Assembly: GCF_036321535.1 (NCBI RefSeq)
Contig: NC_087437.1
Span: 54,004,001-54,068,000, forward strand
Source: Camelus dromedarius
Taxonomy: Eukaryota
Length of the DNA stretch: 64,000 bases
Reading direction: 5' to 3'
The position numbers and the translations under genes were made by a program. Below the pieces are notes generated by a model, which was given only the letters and a program-made list of their open reading frames with translations, was not told the DNA's origin and searched no databases. Shown here in pieces: positions 36,970-50,279 of this stretch (within the stretch, counting starts at the first letter, position 1; every line of letters begins with the position of its first letter).

Positions 36970-38124
36970 CCCAGTCAGTTGCATATTAAGGGCCAGAGCT
37001 GGTTTTTTGAGAGTCAGTCACACACATGGTAGTCCCTCACATTCAGTGCAAAGCCCCTCCCGCCCATTTGTTCACCAGGGCTCACCACAACCCCGAAAGG
37101 GAGTGGGAAATGGTGAGTATTATTTTCCCAAGCAACAGGTAAGTAATTGGAGGCTGAGAAATTGGCTTGATCATCACCAGCAGCCTAGCAACCAAGTGGC
37201 AGAACCAAAAGTGGAATCAAGGACCTTTGCTCTGGGTGTGAATCCCACTGCATGATGCTTACTCCCTGGAGCAACGTGAGGGGATGCTGAGCAGAGCCCT
37301 GTTCCCTAAAATATCAGAAGCACCACCCATCTTTCCACCTTTCTAAGTTCCATCATTTTTACTTGAAAGCTATTCAGAGCTTTGAGCATTCCTTAAGGGA
37401 GTGAAGCATAGAGAAACTTTATTGACTAGCTCATTTTTCAGAGAACTTTCTCCAGAAAGGTCTCCTGGGATGGGGATGTTATGTTTCGGTCTGGCCAAAG
37501 AAGATGTTAAAAGGAGTCAACCCAAAGCAGCTACCCTCAATGAGGGACACATGTACTACCTACCTACCATGCCCCTGATACTGTGCTGGGCCCTCGGAAG
37601 GTAAAGCTGACTAAGACACAGCCCTCGTCCTCAATGGCTCGTAATTAGGAAGAAACAGACATGCCAAGAGAATTTCCCAGAGGGCCACTTAGCCCAGCCC
37701 TGAACCCAGAGGAGACTTCTGGGAAGGGCTGATGGCTAAGCAGGTTGCCCATTTTAACTCTCTCAAGTCCCCTAAAAATCACACAGGTATCCTGGAGAAC
37801 AAAAGGTTTCATACACCTCAGAAAGCTCATCATTCAACATGCCAACTGGAAAAGGAAGCCAAATATCTGCTCCAAAATTTACAACTTTTTCCTTCTCCCC
37901 AAAATAGTTCTTGTCCCTACCCCAGATGGTGGGGAATTTTTTACACCCTATCAATCTTTTCAATATTGTTCTATATTCTGAATAATCTATATTCTTGCAT
38001 GCTTACTATGTGCCAGTACTTTGCCAAGTACATTCCATAATTAACCTTGTATAATTTCCATTTTATAGATGCATAAACTCAAAGGGGTTAATTAATTTAC
38101 CTATGGTTACAAAAGTGGCTGAGA

Positions 38125-38439
38125 ATGTTCTTTACTCAATATCCACTCTACACTCTTACTTTTTAAGTGACCTCAATTTTATTCAGGGTAGCAAAACACC
38201 CAGTTAAAAACTACATTCCCCAGCCTCCCTTACAACTAGAGTGGTTATATGACATAGTCATTTGGGGAGGGTTGGTCTTTAATACCTGTGTGCATGGCAC
38301 ATGTTTTTGTGTCCCTTGCCCTTCTCCATGCTTTCTAATTAGAACAAGATTGTGATGGCTGGTGATCCTGCAGCCATCTTGAGATCAAGAAGAGTTTCTC
38401 TCTCTCTCTTTCTCTTTCTCTCTCTCTCTCCTCTCTCCT

Positions 38440-38517
<78 letters not shown>

Positions 38518-38700
38518 TATTTCTGAGCAGCATAGGAGGACTAAGAGTCACCATTCACATTTATGGATGATGTACAAGAAATGGACTGACCACCTCTGGA
38601 TTTTTTATTGCTTGATAGAAAAATAGATCTCTATGTATTATTTATGCCACTTCTATTTGTTTTTCTCTTGCAGATGAATTCATTCCCTGACTGAAACACA
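38125..38700 (+). mobile_element. MLT1J-like LTR containing a microsatellite
   Basis: 'caatatccactct', 'actacattccccagcctccctt', 'gtgatggctggtgatcctgcagccatcttg'. Confidence 0.7.
38397..38516. repeat. Compound (CT)n(CA)n microsatellite
   Basis: Directly visible. Confidence 0.97.
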
Positions 38701-39260
38701 TGAAGCTGATCAGTTGTAAAATATTCCTTGAAGACATCTTACTATCTCTAAAGTTCATAGCCATCAAGATCTTTCCTTTGAGGATTTGGTAGTAAGGAGA
38801 GGGGAGGACAGAGATATGTTCACAATGCAGGAGTAAACAGGGAGTAAACTGGACACAGCTAGAAGTGCCAGGTCTGGGACTGAGGAAAACGAAGTGTGCT
38901 GGGAGATTGGCCATCAGGACTATACCCTGGCTTGGCCACTAAATAACGTTTGATCTTGAACAAGTCAAACCATGAGCCTCACTTTCTTCATCTTTTCAAT
39001 GGAAGGTTAAGTTAAAGATCCCATGATCCAAGGCAGAGGGTCAGCTGGGCTCTACATCCCACAAAGCAAGGAGGCCCCACATTCCCAGTCATTAGAAATG
39101 AGGTTTCTGTGAAGCCTCTCCCTGGAGTATTTCACATTCAAGTAGAGACTCGCTGAGTCTGTTCTAACTCCTTCACCCCTCCCCACACTTCCACTCTTTG
39201 CCAGGAGACATCCATGAATGTGCAGGAAGAATGTACACTGGACCCAGGAGACACTCCCCA

Positions 39261-39316
39261 CATGCACGAAGTCCTCCTGATGTGCACGAAGTCCTCCTGA
39301 TGTGCACGAAGTCCTC
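39261..39316. repeat. 20-bp tandem repeat, about 2.8 copies (tgtgcacgaagtcctcctga)
   Basis: Copies start at 39261, 39281 and 39301. Confidence 0.95.
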
Positions 39317-41282
39317 TCTGTGCTCATGAGGACCTCCCTACTCCCATTCCATCCCCACCATCTGTCTCCCACACACTTACACAAGAGTCCAGCCAAATCT
39401 AGCAGACAAGACAATTCCACTCACACAGGACTATAAAAATCTCACTTTCTATCTGAAGAGCTCAAAGAACTGCACAAAATTATACTTCCTTTCTTGAGTG
39501 TTCCAAGAAATTTACAGCTTTTCTTTCTTCATATGTAGAAATTTATTATTAGCAAGCACATTGAGATTTCTGAGCTCTGAAGTATCTTAATAGAATGAGA
39601 CAGCTTACAAAAATACAAAGGTAGAAAACAGTTGTTGCACAGACTTAAGGAATAGAAAAAAAAACAAAAACAAAAAGCCAGATATCCTCAGATCAGCATG
39701 ATCTCACATGATCTCACACTGTTGGTAAAAGAAACCACGAATTTGATTCTGAACTTCTTAGTTCCCAAGGCAAAAATTCAGTCAGTTTCAGAACCACTGA
39801 CTGCCTAGAAGTCATATAGTCATATAGCAGATCTGTAGCTAAGTCAACCAGGAAATTTAGGGGCAGAGTTGGGGCCCTTGGACTCCTCCCCCATGTTCAG
39901 CGACCCCAACAAGCCCACTGACAGCCCTGACAGTATAGGCAGGGCAATCAGAAAGCTGAGGGACAAGACTCCCCTAAAATCTGTGCACATCAAGTAGGTC
40001 GAACCACGAGAGATTAAGGTCGTTTTCAGAACTTGGTGTTCAGCCAGCGTGGGCAACAACAGCAATAAGAAGGCTACATTAAGGATGAGGGCAGAGGGAT
40101 GGCTGGTCAGAAATGCATCAGTAAAAAGCGTCTTAGAGAGAAAGGAGAACCGATGATTCCCATCCAAGCAGTATCTGGAGGACAGAAAGCCATTAGAGTC
40201 TAGACTTAGAACTTCTGTGGGACAGACTGCCTGCTGCTTTTACCACTTGATGTGTGTGAGGCCTTTTACTACAATGCCATCCTCAATGGGCAAGATTCTG
40301 ATTAAAGTTCAGCTTCCCAGGAAGGCCTTCCTCTAAGACAAGACTGTTCTGTGACGATTTATGAACTCTGGTCCCTGTGGCGTCCTTCACTGGGAATCTA
40401 TAATTTTTGATGAGTTTGGCTAGTCCAGATCTTCCCTGGGAGAAGAGTACACACTCTGGTGCTCATGAAATCAGACCTGGGTACCGCCCCTGGAGGCCCT
40501 TCTCCCTTGCCTTGTGTTTAAACTGTCATGGGTAAGCCCTGAGGAGAATGCGAGTTCCATGTGTGAAAACTCTTGGCTTTCCTGCCTCACCTCTTCCCTT
40601 GCTTGTTTGGGTCGGTAATCTCCATACACAAGCTTGCATCTGACTACCAGTGATACATGTTACTTCTGGGAACTTGTGCCTGCCTCAGACCCTGCACATT
40701 GATGTAAAAACCATTACATCTTCCAACAGTCAAATTGCCGGTACTTTACATCTACTAGACCTATTTCCCCGTGGGAAAATTTGAAAGTTATAGCTCTTCT
40801 CGGGTGTTTTATAACATTTCAAAAAGCCCAGGCCGGCGTGAAACCACAGTGAACTGAATGAAGATGGATGTGGAAGGTGGAGAAGGGTCGACTTTATCTT
40901 CTGACTACTTGAGATGAAAAATGGCTCAAGAAACACGAAGGGAATGACAGTAACATGGTTCATTGGCCTGATGGCCTGTTGTTCATAAACAGATAGTGGA
41001 GCTGCTGAAAGGTTGTATGGCTTAAGTCTGTGATGACCAAACAGGACTAGCAGAACTGTTTTCATTTTGGACTTCAAATACATCCTAAGGCTAATGTAAA
41101 ATACCAAAAAAAAAAAAGTTTTAAATAATATGAAACAGCCGTATTATGTCCAATGGGAAATCAGCAGTGAGAAGGAGACAGAACAACAGAGTTACTGACC
41201 TTCCAGGGTTCAGCTTTGAAACAATCTCCCCAGAGGGCCTTTGCTAAAACCTCCTTCCCAGCCCACAATCAGGAAGCAAACT

Positions 41283-42045
41283 ACTTTATTGGGGGTGATT
41301 AGCATACAAAAGGCTATACATATTTAATGCATACAACCTGATGAGTTTGGGTGAGTACAGACTCCCGAAACCATCACCACAGCCTATGCCGTAAACACAC
41401 CCATTACCTCCGAAAGTTTCCTACCACCCAGTTTATTTATTTTTTTGTTTTATATTTATATTTAGTGATAAGAACACTTAACATAAGATCTACACTCTCA
41501 GCAAAATTTTAAGCGTATCTAATACAGTGTTGTTTACTACAGTTCTCTGTATTATATTCCTCTGTATATTGAAACTTTGTACTCTGGGACAAATACCTCC
41601 CATTTTTCCAACCCACTAGCCCCTGGAAACCACCCTCTCCTCTCTGCCTTTATGAGTTTGACTATTTTAGATTCCTCATATAAGTTGTATCATGTAGCAT
41701 TTGTCCTCCTATGTCTGGTTTACTTCCCTTAGCGTGATATCCTCCAGTTCATCCGCACTGTCACAAGTGGTAGGATTTCCTTCTATTTTATAGCTGAATA
41801 ATATTTTGTTTTATATAGATGTACCACATTTTCTTCATCCATTTATTTATCAATGGACATTTAGGTTGCTTCCCTATCTTGGCTGTTGTGAATAATGCTG
41901 CAGTGAACAGGAGAGTGCAGATCTCTTCAAGATTTTGCTTTAAATTTCTTTGATATATACCCAGAAGTGAAATTGCTTGATCACATGGTAGTTTTATTTT
42001 TAATATTTTGAGAAACCTCCATACTGTTTTCCATAGGGGTTGCCT
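41283..42045 (-). mobile_element. L1MA-type 3' end (ORF2 C-terminus plus 3'UTR)
   Basis: QPLWKTVWRFLK...FTAALFTTAKIGKQPKCP...WMKKMWYIY matches the ORF2p C-terminus; L1MA 3'UTR motifs. Confidence 0.92.
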
Positions 42046-43115
42046 CAAGGAACAAAAAAAGAGAAGAAAAACTTAAGCCCAAAGTTAGCAAAAGAAAGGA
42101 GGTGATAAAGATTAGGGTAAAAATAACTGAAATAGAGAATACCCCTCAAAAATTTGTTAATCAACAAAACTAAAAGTTAGTTTTTAATTAGGAAAAACAA
42201 AATCAATAAACCTGAGCTAGAGCAAGAAAAAAGAGTCAAGTAAATAAAGACAAAAATGGAAGAGGAGATATTACAACCAATGCCACAGAAATAAAATAAG
42301 GGACTATTGTAAATAATTGTATGCCAGCAAATTGGTTAACTTAGAAGAAATGGACATATTCCTAGAAATATACAACCTACCAAGACTGAATCAGGAGGAA
42401 TGGAAAGCCTGAACAGATATAAGGAGACTGAATCAATAATTAAAATATTCCTAAGTAAGAAAAACTCAAAACCATATAGCTCACAGGTAAGTTCTACCAA
42501 GCATTTAAAGATTTAATACCAATCCTTTTAAACTCTTCCCAAAACTAGAAGAATAGAGAAAACTTCCAAACTCATTTTGTGAGGTCTGCATCAACCTGAT
42601 ACCAAAGCTAGACAAAGACACCCCCAGAAAACTACAGGTCTATATCTCCATTGAAAATTGGTGCTAAAATCCTCAGTAAAATTACTTGCAAACCAAATTC
42701 AACAGCATATTGAAAGGATCATGCACAATGACCAAGTGGGACTTATCCCTGGGATTCAGTGATAAACCACATTAAAAGAATGAAAAAAATACAAGATCTT
42801 CTCCTTAGGTGCAAAATAATCATTTGACGAAATTCAACACTTTGATGATAAAATTTCTCAGAAAAAATTATGTATAGAAAGAACTTACCACAACACAATA
42901 AAGGCTGTGTGTGAAAAGCCCACAACCAACATTATATTCAAATGTTCCTCTAAGGTCTGGAACAAAGCAAGGATGCCTATTCTTGCCACTTTTATTCAAC
43001 ATAATACTGGAAGACCTAGTTAGAGCAATTAGGTAAGAAGAAGAAATAAAATGCATCCAAATTAGAAAGAAGTAAAATTAATCTCTGTTTGCAGATGGCA
43101 TGATCTTATGTATGT
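42046..43115 (+). mobile_element. L1 ORF2 internal fragment up to the RT active site, inverted relative to the adjacent 3' end
   Basis: 'gaagaaatggacatattcctagaaatatacaacctaccaagactgaatca', 'caaccaaattcaacagca'-like, 'caaggatgcctattcttgccacttttattcaacata'; ends SLFADGMIL (FADD motif mutated). Confidence 0.92.
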
Positions 43116-45814
43116 TGAGTCAGCATCCTGACACTCCATCTTCCCTGCTTTGAAGCCATTCACCTGGGTGTCTTTCCTCCCATAGTGAATGGTCAGTCTT
43201 TGAGGGAGGGGCTGGGTCTCTTTCGTCTATTTTCCTTGCAGTGATGGCTTCATGCCAGTCACCTTGCAAGTGCTCAGTACAGATAGAGAAGGAAGATGTG
43301 AGTAAACTGTCATGTAAAGGGAGTTCCTCATGGGTGTACAGCACTTTACAGTTTCCAAAATGGCTTCACATATTTGATCTCATCTGAACTTCCTAAAGCC
43401 CTAGGAAGTTGATTGGGACTATTATCCTCTGCTTCAGATAAAGATGCTTTTATCTTCTACAGGCATTATTTTCATGGGTCAGCTCTACACTAGGGATTAT
43501 GATAGTCCCTACCTCATAAAGCTGCTACAAAGACTAAGTGGAATAAAAGAATGAATGTATGTGAAGGCACTCACAACAGAACTTGGCACTTAGGGAATTC
43601 TATACACATTTGCTATATTACTTTTGCTCATTAGTATCTTATTTAATCTGGAATCCGAAGACCAGGACCAAGATTTTCTGCTCCCAAATCCAGGGTCCCT
43701 TTCAGCGTCTTCCACCCCCTGGCCTAGCAAGAACCACTTCCTGCCGGGGCCCCCTGTGGCCTCAACAGTGTCACAGGTGTTTGAAATGGACTTCCTCCAG
43801 AAACACTGCCTGCCATGGCTATCCACGGCCCCTTTAAGAAGAAAAATATTCGTCTCTTCCGGAGCAGCTTCTCTTTTCCTCCAGGGTTCACCTCTTCCCC
43901 TCCAGAGAGGAGAAAAGAACTTTTGCTCCTGAGGACTTTAGCCCTTCTGATTTCTTCTAAATAGCTATCTGCTCTCCACCTGGATGTGGAACAGGTAACG
44001 CTCCAAAGGGGCAGAAGTGCCATTTGCACGCTCTCTATCAGAGGGGCATTTAGACAAAGTGAAGGAGGGGCAGATAGACACACAGCAGTAGTGAGGAGAT
44101 ACTGGCCACTGTTTTAATGCTGATGACAGGTCAGCTGGCCTGATTCCCTGGGGGATAAAAGAGCTTAGTTGAAGGTGGGCCACTGTGGCTTATGCATTTC
44201 CAGCCCATCACTGAAATTGCCAGATGTGCTTGCTGTGCTATGAGTCCTTCCTCCAATTATTAAAAGGTAAAAAACAAAAACAAAAAACCCCCGCTAAACA
44301 AAAAGCAACCACCACGTCCTAAAGAATTGAGCATAGACTCTAGTTGCTGGACTTATTCTAACACAGCATTTCCTCCTTTCTCATACCCTCTTGTCAGAGT
44401 TTGGTTGGATGTCCAGTACCACATGACCTCTTTGATCACCTCCCAGAAGGAAAAAACCTCTCTGTTCTATATGAATGAACCCTCATGTTTTCTTTGTCCT
44501 CTTTTGAGACATTAGTTTTTCTGCCTTGTTGTGTCTTAACTTCCTGACCTCAAACACCGCTCAGTTATGCAGAATTAACTTTGCTCTCTTGGGTGCCAAG
44601 GCAACCCCTTCTTCATGCCACTTCTGTAGCACTTAACTCATTTCCTCATGGTTATTTGCTTAGACCAACCCCCTACTCTGTCCTTGCATCACCATTCCTG
44701 AGTTCCACTAGAACAGAGAAGATGTTTTTCCCTCCTTATATTCTCAATGCCTCATACAGTGTGAGTAACTGTGAACTGAGTGAGAACAAGATTGAGACTG
44801 AGTCATCACAAAATGTGCTCGGCACATAGGAACTTGATATTACTCATTAATTGAATGGAAATTCTGAACCAGGCTGTTTCCGAGGAAGTAAATCTCCATC
44901 GTTTTTCAAGTTTACATTATGAACTTAGATAGTAATAGGTGTCAAGGAGTACAATGTATGAGTGGGAGGAGCGGTTCTGGGAGAAGTTCTGGTTCATAAT
45001 ATTCAAGTTTTGTGAGACCCCCTTAGCTTTGCAAATGACCAATCTGTGAAGTTTATAAGTTATAGACTGGGAAGCGGTCTTAGAGTAATGCATCTAGTTC
45101 AACTCATATCTGATAGTTGAACAACCAATCTACATGTGAGCACCTGTAGGGATAAGAAAACACTAGTTTCTTAAGCAATAGATTCCAGTTTTGGGCAGCT
45201 GTGTTAGAACATGTAATAACCCAGTCAGTTATTACAAACAATGACCAGGAATATTCTGTGGCCCAAAGGAATATGTTTTATATAAGGGCAAACAAACAAA
45301 CAAACAAAAGCAAGGTTCAAAAGCCAACATAGGCATCATCAAAGTATCCATGAAAAATAATCATGGTGGGGAAAATAAAGGTGGATGAAAAGACATCAAA
45401 ATTATAATTCATTCACTCCTTTACCAAAGAGCATTAACACCCTAGTCTGTGCCAGGCACTGTTCTAGGTCCTGTGGGTACTGTACAAACAAGATATATGA
45501 GCCCTCATGGCTGAGGCATGGTGATGAAATTGGGCTGAATTTTATTTTTTCTTTATTCCACATTATCTGGCCTAGGCTTATATTGATAATTAAAATCCTA
45601 CAAGGCTTAAGAAGCCCTTCCATAAACTGAAAGCACATGAAAAGAATCTTTTCAATCTTGAATCCTGGAGTTTTTAAAAAACATATCATATTAATAGTTT
45701 TTCTCCTGAAGAAGATGCTGATTTCCTACCGAGGAAGGGATTATCAGTTGTGCCAAGGTGAGTGTGACCGGTCTGCAGGGAACTTACCAACTAAGGAATA
45801 CTCCCTATGGATCT

Positions 45815-45922
45815 CAGAATATGAAAATGAATATATGTATGTTGATGTATGACTGAAGCATTGTGCTGTACACCAGAAACTGACACAACATTGTAAACTG
45901 ACTATACTTCAATTTAAAAAAA
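45815..45922 (+). mobile_element. Very short camelid-type L1 3' end
   Basis: 'tgtgctgtacaccagaaactgacacaacattgtaaactgactatacttcaattt' plus A-tail; 18-bp TSD aatactccc(t/c)atggatct at 45797-45814 / 45923-45940. Confidence 0.93.
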
Positions 45923-47865
45923 AATACTCCCCATGGATCTAAAAGAACAGAACAACAACACAATTCTCAGGTTGGAGAGAACCTTCTAGTTTATTTATTC
46001 AGATCACCTCAATTAAGAGCAGAGTTAGACCAAGAATTCACAGGGTAATGTTGTAATAGGACCTCAGTGATGGCAGGATGCTTGCAGCTGGACCTCCAGC
46101 CAGTGTGCCTAGATGTGCATTTGAAGTCCTCTAAAAATAAATTAGCCCAAGTATTTGGTGAAATTATTGAAAAAGAGAAGTTTGGTTCATTAAAAGCTTT
46201 ATGAGTGGGGAGTTCTACACTCCAATGTTTGGTTGCCTTCTAAGGGAACTGGGCTGGAAGATGCATGAGCACCTTCTCTCACCAACTATGTGCAATGGTC
46301 CCCATGCATTACTACAGATTTATGTCCTCCCTGCAATACGGTTGTGAGTGATAAGCAGCATCTCCTTCATGAAATGCCTAAAAGACAAAACTGCCGATCA
46401 AGCCAGGGACACTTTACCTGTGACCACAGCACAGAGTCTGGGGAAGAGTTCTGATGATACAGGCCAAAGCTGCCTCAGTTGAAACTCCCTGGAATTCAAT
46501 AAAAATATTATCCAAATTCTAAATTCACCAACAATGGGGTTCAACCAAATATCCTTACTGGCCCATACCAGCAGCTTAAAAATTGAATTTTTCCCGTGCT
46601 TACTGGAGGAAATAAAACCTCCCAAGGTAGCTAGCTGCTTCAGTAAGTTTGCAACCCGTGCTCTCACAGCATCTGGATGCAAAACCAGTAGTGCTGTTTG
46701 GCAGAGAGAACTTTGATAGAGACAACATAAATTGTCTAGGGAGAGGCATGTTTTGCCCTGGTCTGATAAGATTAGTAACGTTATCTACATTTCCACAGGA
46801 TTATTTACTGACAACCAGACTCTGCTTCAGAATCTTGCTCTAAACATTACAAAATTTCTGTCACTCCAGGTTCATGCCTCTTCTCTCGGTAGCACAACAA
46901 GATGTGGGGGTGGCTGCTGAGGTCACAGGGCTTCTTAGCATGGGGGGCACAGGACCCCCTTGTCATGCAAGGGGCCCCCAAAACTCAAGGTCTCATCTGT
47001 TAAGATCTGCTTGAAATGTGCTCTTTTCAATAACAAGTACTTCTTTTTTTTAGGTTTTTTTCTTAATCTTTTAGCAGTTTCCTGCCTCTATTGCTTTATT
47101 AAAAAACGATCAATATAGTAATTTACTCATACTTGCATAGGAAAGCTGTTAGCCTGCTTGGAAATCAAATTATTATTTTCTATTGATGGCATTTCCTTTG
47201 AAACGAAAGTTCCCAAAATGGATATTCCTGGGAGGGTTCTAACTAATAGAAATTGAGAGTATTAATTGTTCTTTTGCTATTTATAATAACAGTGTCACTA
47301 AGTCTGAAGGAGTCATCCACTAAAGTAATGAGGAACATTCGTAACACAGGGTACCCACGTGAGGAAAATCTAGAGAGAATCGAGATGGAAAAGATCAAAT
47401 ATATTTCCCAGAAGCCAGGATGGATGGTCTTTTTGCTCAAATTCTCTCGGAAATTGACCTACACTGTGAAAACAGCAGAACCCCTGACACTTGGAATAAA
47501 TCTACTATTAAGCCAACTTTTTTTGTTGGCTGTTCTTGTACCAAGATTTTAGCCTCTTGCTTGCTTCTAGATTCAAAGGTAAAAGAATCACTCTCTTCCC
47601 ACCCAGGTGGCAGTGAACACTGTATAAAGAAGAAAATGTGCTGCTTCAATTCTCAGCCATAATGCAGGCTGGCTAGACAGGTAACTAACCAGCTTCTGTG
47701 CCTCGGTTTCCCCACCTGTGAAATGGGATTCTCATTCCCAGCACCCTCACCTCACTGTGTTATTGTGAGTATCAGATAAAATAAAAAATAAGAGAAAGTG
47801 GCATGATCTAGAAAGTGTTGTGTTCCTAAATCACTAAAATTATTTCTGATTCCATCTCTTCGTTT

Positions 47866-48409
47866 TAGAGGGTAGGAGAAATCTTTTTCCCTCTGTCCTC
47901 CTAGGTTCAATGGCTGGGGTCCAGGAATCAAATTGATAAAGATTAGCAAGAGGAAAAAAACAGTTTTAATTATATATGCATGAAAGATCACAAAGAAAAA
48001 TGTGCCTCCAGGAGGTAGCTGGCTAGAAGATTGATGCTGGTTACCATCTTTGGTTAAACAAAGGAAAAGAGGGTTGGGGACGTCTGGGAGGAGGGGGCAA
48101 GCTATGGGAAGGTGAGGGGAAAGATGTGTGGTGCATCAGTGTTGTCCAGCAGTATGGATAAGAGTCTCTCAGCTGATAAGAGTTTTCTCCCCAGTGCAGC
48201 TAGGGAGACATCTTTACAAATGGAAATTTCCTTTATAAATGTAAATGTTATTTACAAAAGGGAAAATTTATACTCTTATTTTTAGGCAGTGAGGGAGGGG
48301 TGAGGTGAAGAGCGTTTTCCTGCATCTGCTGGTTCTTGATGGCCTTTAGCTCAAAACAGTTCACATGCCAACAAGGCATATTTGGGGGTGGCGTATTCTG
48401 GTATCTACA
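47866..48409 (-). mobile_element. ERV1-class solo LTR, MER41-like
   Basis: Terminal 'gcctttagctcaaaacagttcacatgccaacaaggcatatttgggggtggcgtattctgg...ca' resembles MER41-type LTR ends; possible 4-bp TSD gttt/gtat. Confidence 0.7.
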
Positions 48410-48792
48410 GTATCATAATTTATGTGATACATGCCTGTCTCCCTAATGGAGTGTGAGGCCAGGGCTTATCATTTTCCATGCCAAATTAACAACAGGGCAT
48501 TCTTGCTAGTCTCTTTAAAAGGCGTGTATCTACATGACACCAAATGATGTACAAAAGGAAAAAAAAAATCACTCAGTTTCACATCACGGAGAACAAACAC
48601 ACAAATATTTTATTGCATTATTTCACTTTTTTTTGACAGCGTGCAAATATTTGTCATGTCATCACTAATTAACCTGAGAGGGATTTATCAGCCTTCACCA
48701 TGGATCTACCTGGAAGCAACGGGGAAACCGCACACACAGGCACACACACAGCCTGCCCCAGCGTAGAGTGTACAAAAGCAGCACAGAAAGAA

Positions 48793-48794
<2 letters not shown>

Positions 48795-48831
<37 letters not shown>
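48795..48831. repeat. (GT)n microsatellite
   Basis: Directly visible. Confidence 0.97.
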
Positions 48832-48832
<1 letters not shown>

Positions 48833-50279
48833 TGACAGTTAAACAAACCAAGGGGAAAAATGAGGCAGAGAAATCGACACAGTAAGAAGAGGTTTTTTGT
48901 TTTTGTTGTTATAGTATATCTATCAGGAAAGCAGAAAAAAGGGGAAAATGTGAGTAACACAACAAGGAGGGACCCGCCGCTGTAGGATTAGCACCCACAA
49001 AGCACCCCTTGTGTCCTGTGTAACCTGACCTGGGTGCCACGGTCCTGTGCATTAGTCCCGCAGCTTTCTGATGTGTCAGGTGCAGGGAAGAAAACCAGAG
49101 TAGCATAAGCCCCAGATACAGAACCCATGTCGAGGAGATAACACGCACACCGGCTTTCAGAAGCAGCACAGCGGATCCCAGCATTGAAACATTTTCTCCT
49201 GTGGACCCTCGTAAAGGGCATCCTAGTGGAGCAATGTCCACATACTAACAGAAAATAAAATGCTTTGGCTGTACCATGCCAACATCAAGAAAAGTGAATC
49301 CATGAGTGGCGGGAAGCATGCTTTAAATCAGAAGCTCTGTAGCCCTGGGGTCTAACTGACTCCCCAATGCTCTGACCAGCTATGAGAACTTGGACATATT
49401 GTATAATTGGTTTTTTTTTCATTTGAGTTTTCACATCTGAGAAAGAATAATAATATTATTTATACTGATAGTGTTTCTGGGGGAAAAAACTGCAAAGGCA
49501 AAGTACCTAGCAAATGGGAGATTCTTAATAAATGTAGGCTCCCTTCCCTCTGTGTGAAGCCCAGAGAATCCCATGTAGCCCTGGTCCCAGGTGAGAGGCT
49601 GCTGTAGAGAATAACTTCCTCTGACCCAAACCCTGAGTGGACAGCGGACAGATCTTGCATGAATCAAGCCCTTAATCCAAAATTAGGTTTCCTACACACA
49701 TTCTTCAGACCCAACATCTCTTTAATGAGCCCATTACATTGAGTTAATTTATAATTGTAACTCATAGCCCAGCTCTTTACTCTCTTTTCATCTGCTCAGC
49801 AAGACCACAGGCATTAAATAAAAGAATATATTCTGCATTTTGAAAAGAAAAAAAAAAAAGCCCCAAACCTGCCACCCCTGGATACTTATCCCTTCAAGGA
49901 AGTGTTAGACCTCAGCAACAATAAGCATTGGTGTGTAGGACCCCACAGGGTTCATGAATTTTAGATGCTTGTAAGAAATTATCTGTTTTGCTGGACTCTT
50001 GCTGGGATCAATCAGCCCCTCAGTGGTTGGTGCCAATTAAGAGCTAGTGTGATGCAAAGAGGATATTTTAAACACTGTTTGACACCAAGTACTTCTCTGT
50101 CCTCTTCCCACCTCCCTCCCTCCTCTCTAACTCTTCCTCCAACCACCTTTTCAGTCATTTTCTTCTCTCACCACGACTCTGCTCTGAAGGTCGTGGAATG
50201 TGATAAAAATAATGGCACCTTTCTTTTTTCTGAAGCGAGATACTGTTTACTAAGTGATCTCCAATCATCTCAACTGATC

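Noticed and set aside
39261..39316. CRISPR-like direct repeats
   Set aside because: Repeats are head-to-tail with no spacers, there are no cas genes and the context is mammalian
40730..41107. 125-aa minus-strand ORF
   Set aside because: No recognisable homology or codon bias; length is within chance expectation for 64 kb
42046..43115. Active or domesticated reverse transcriptase
   Set aside because: Multiple frameshifts and stops, catalytic FADD changed to FADG, and truncated at the active site
46398..47662. Cluster of overlapping ORFs in unique sequence
   Set aside because: ORFs occur on both strands in several frames with no recognisable protein family or consistent splice signals; I cannot support a gene or pseudogene
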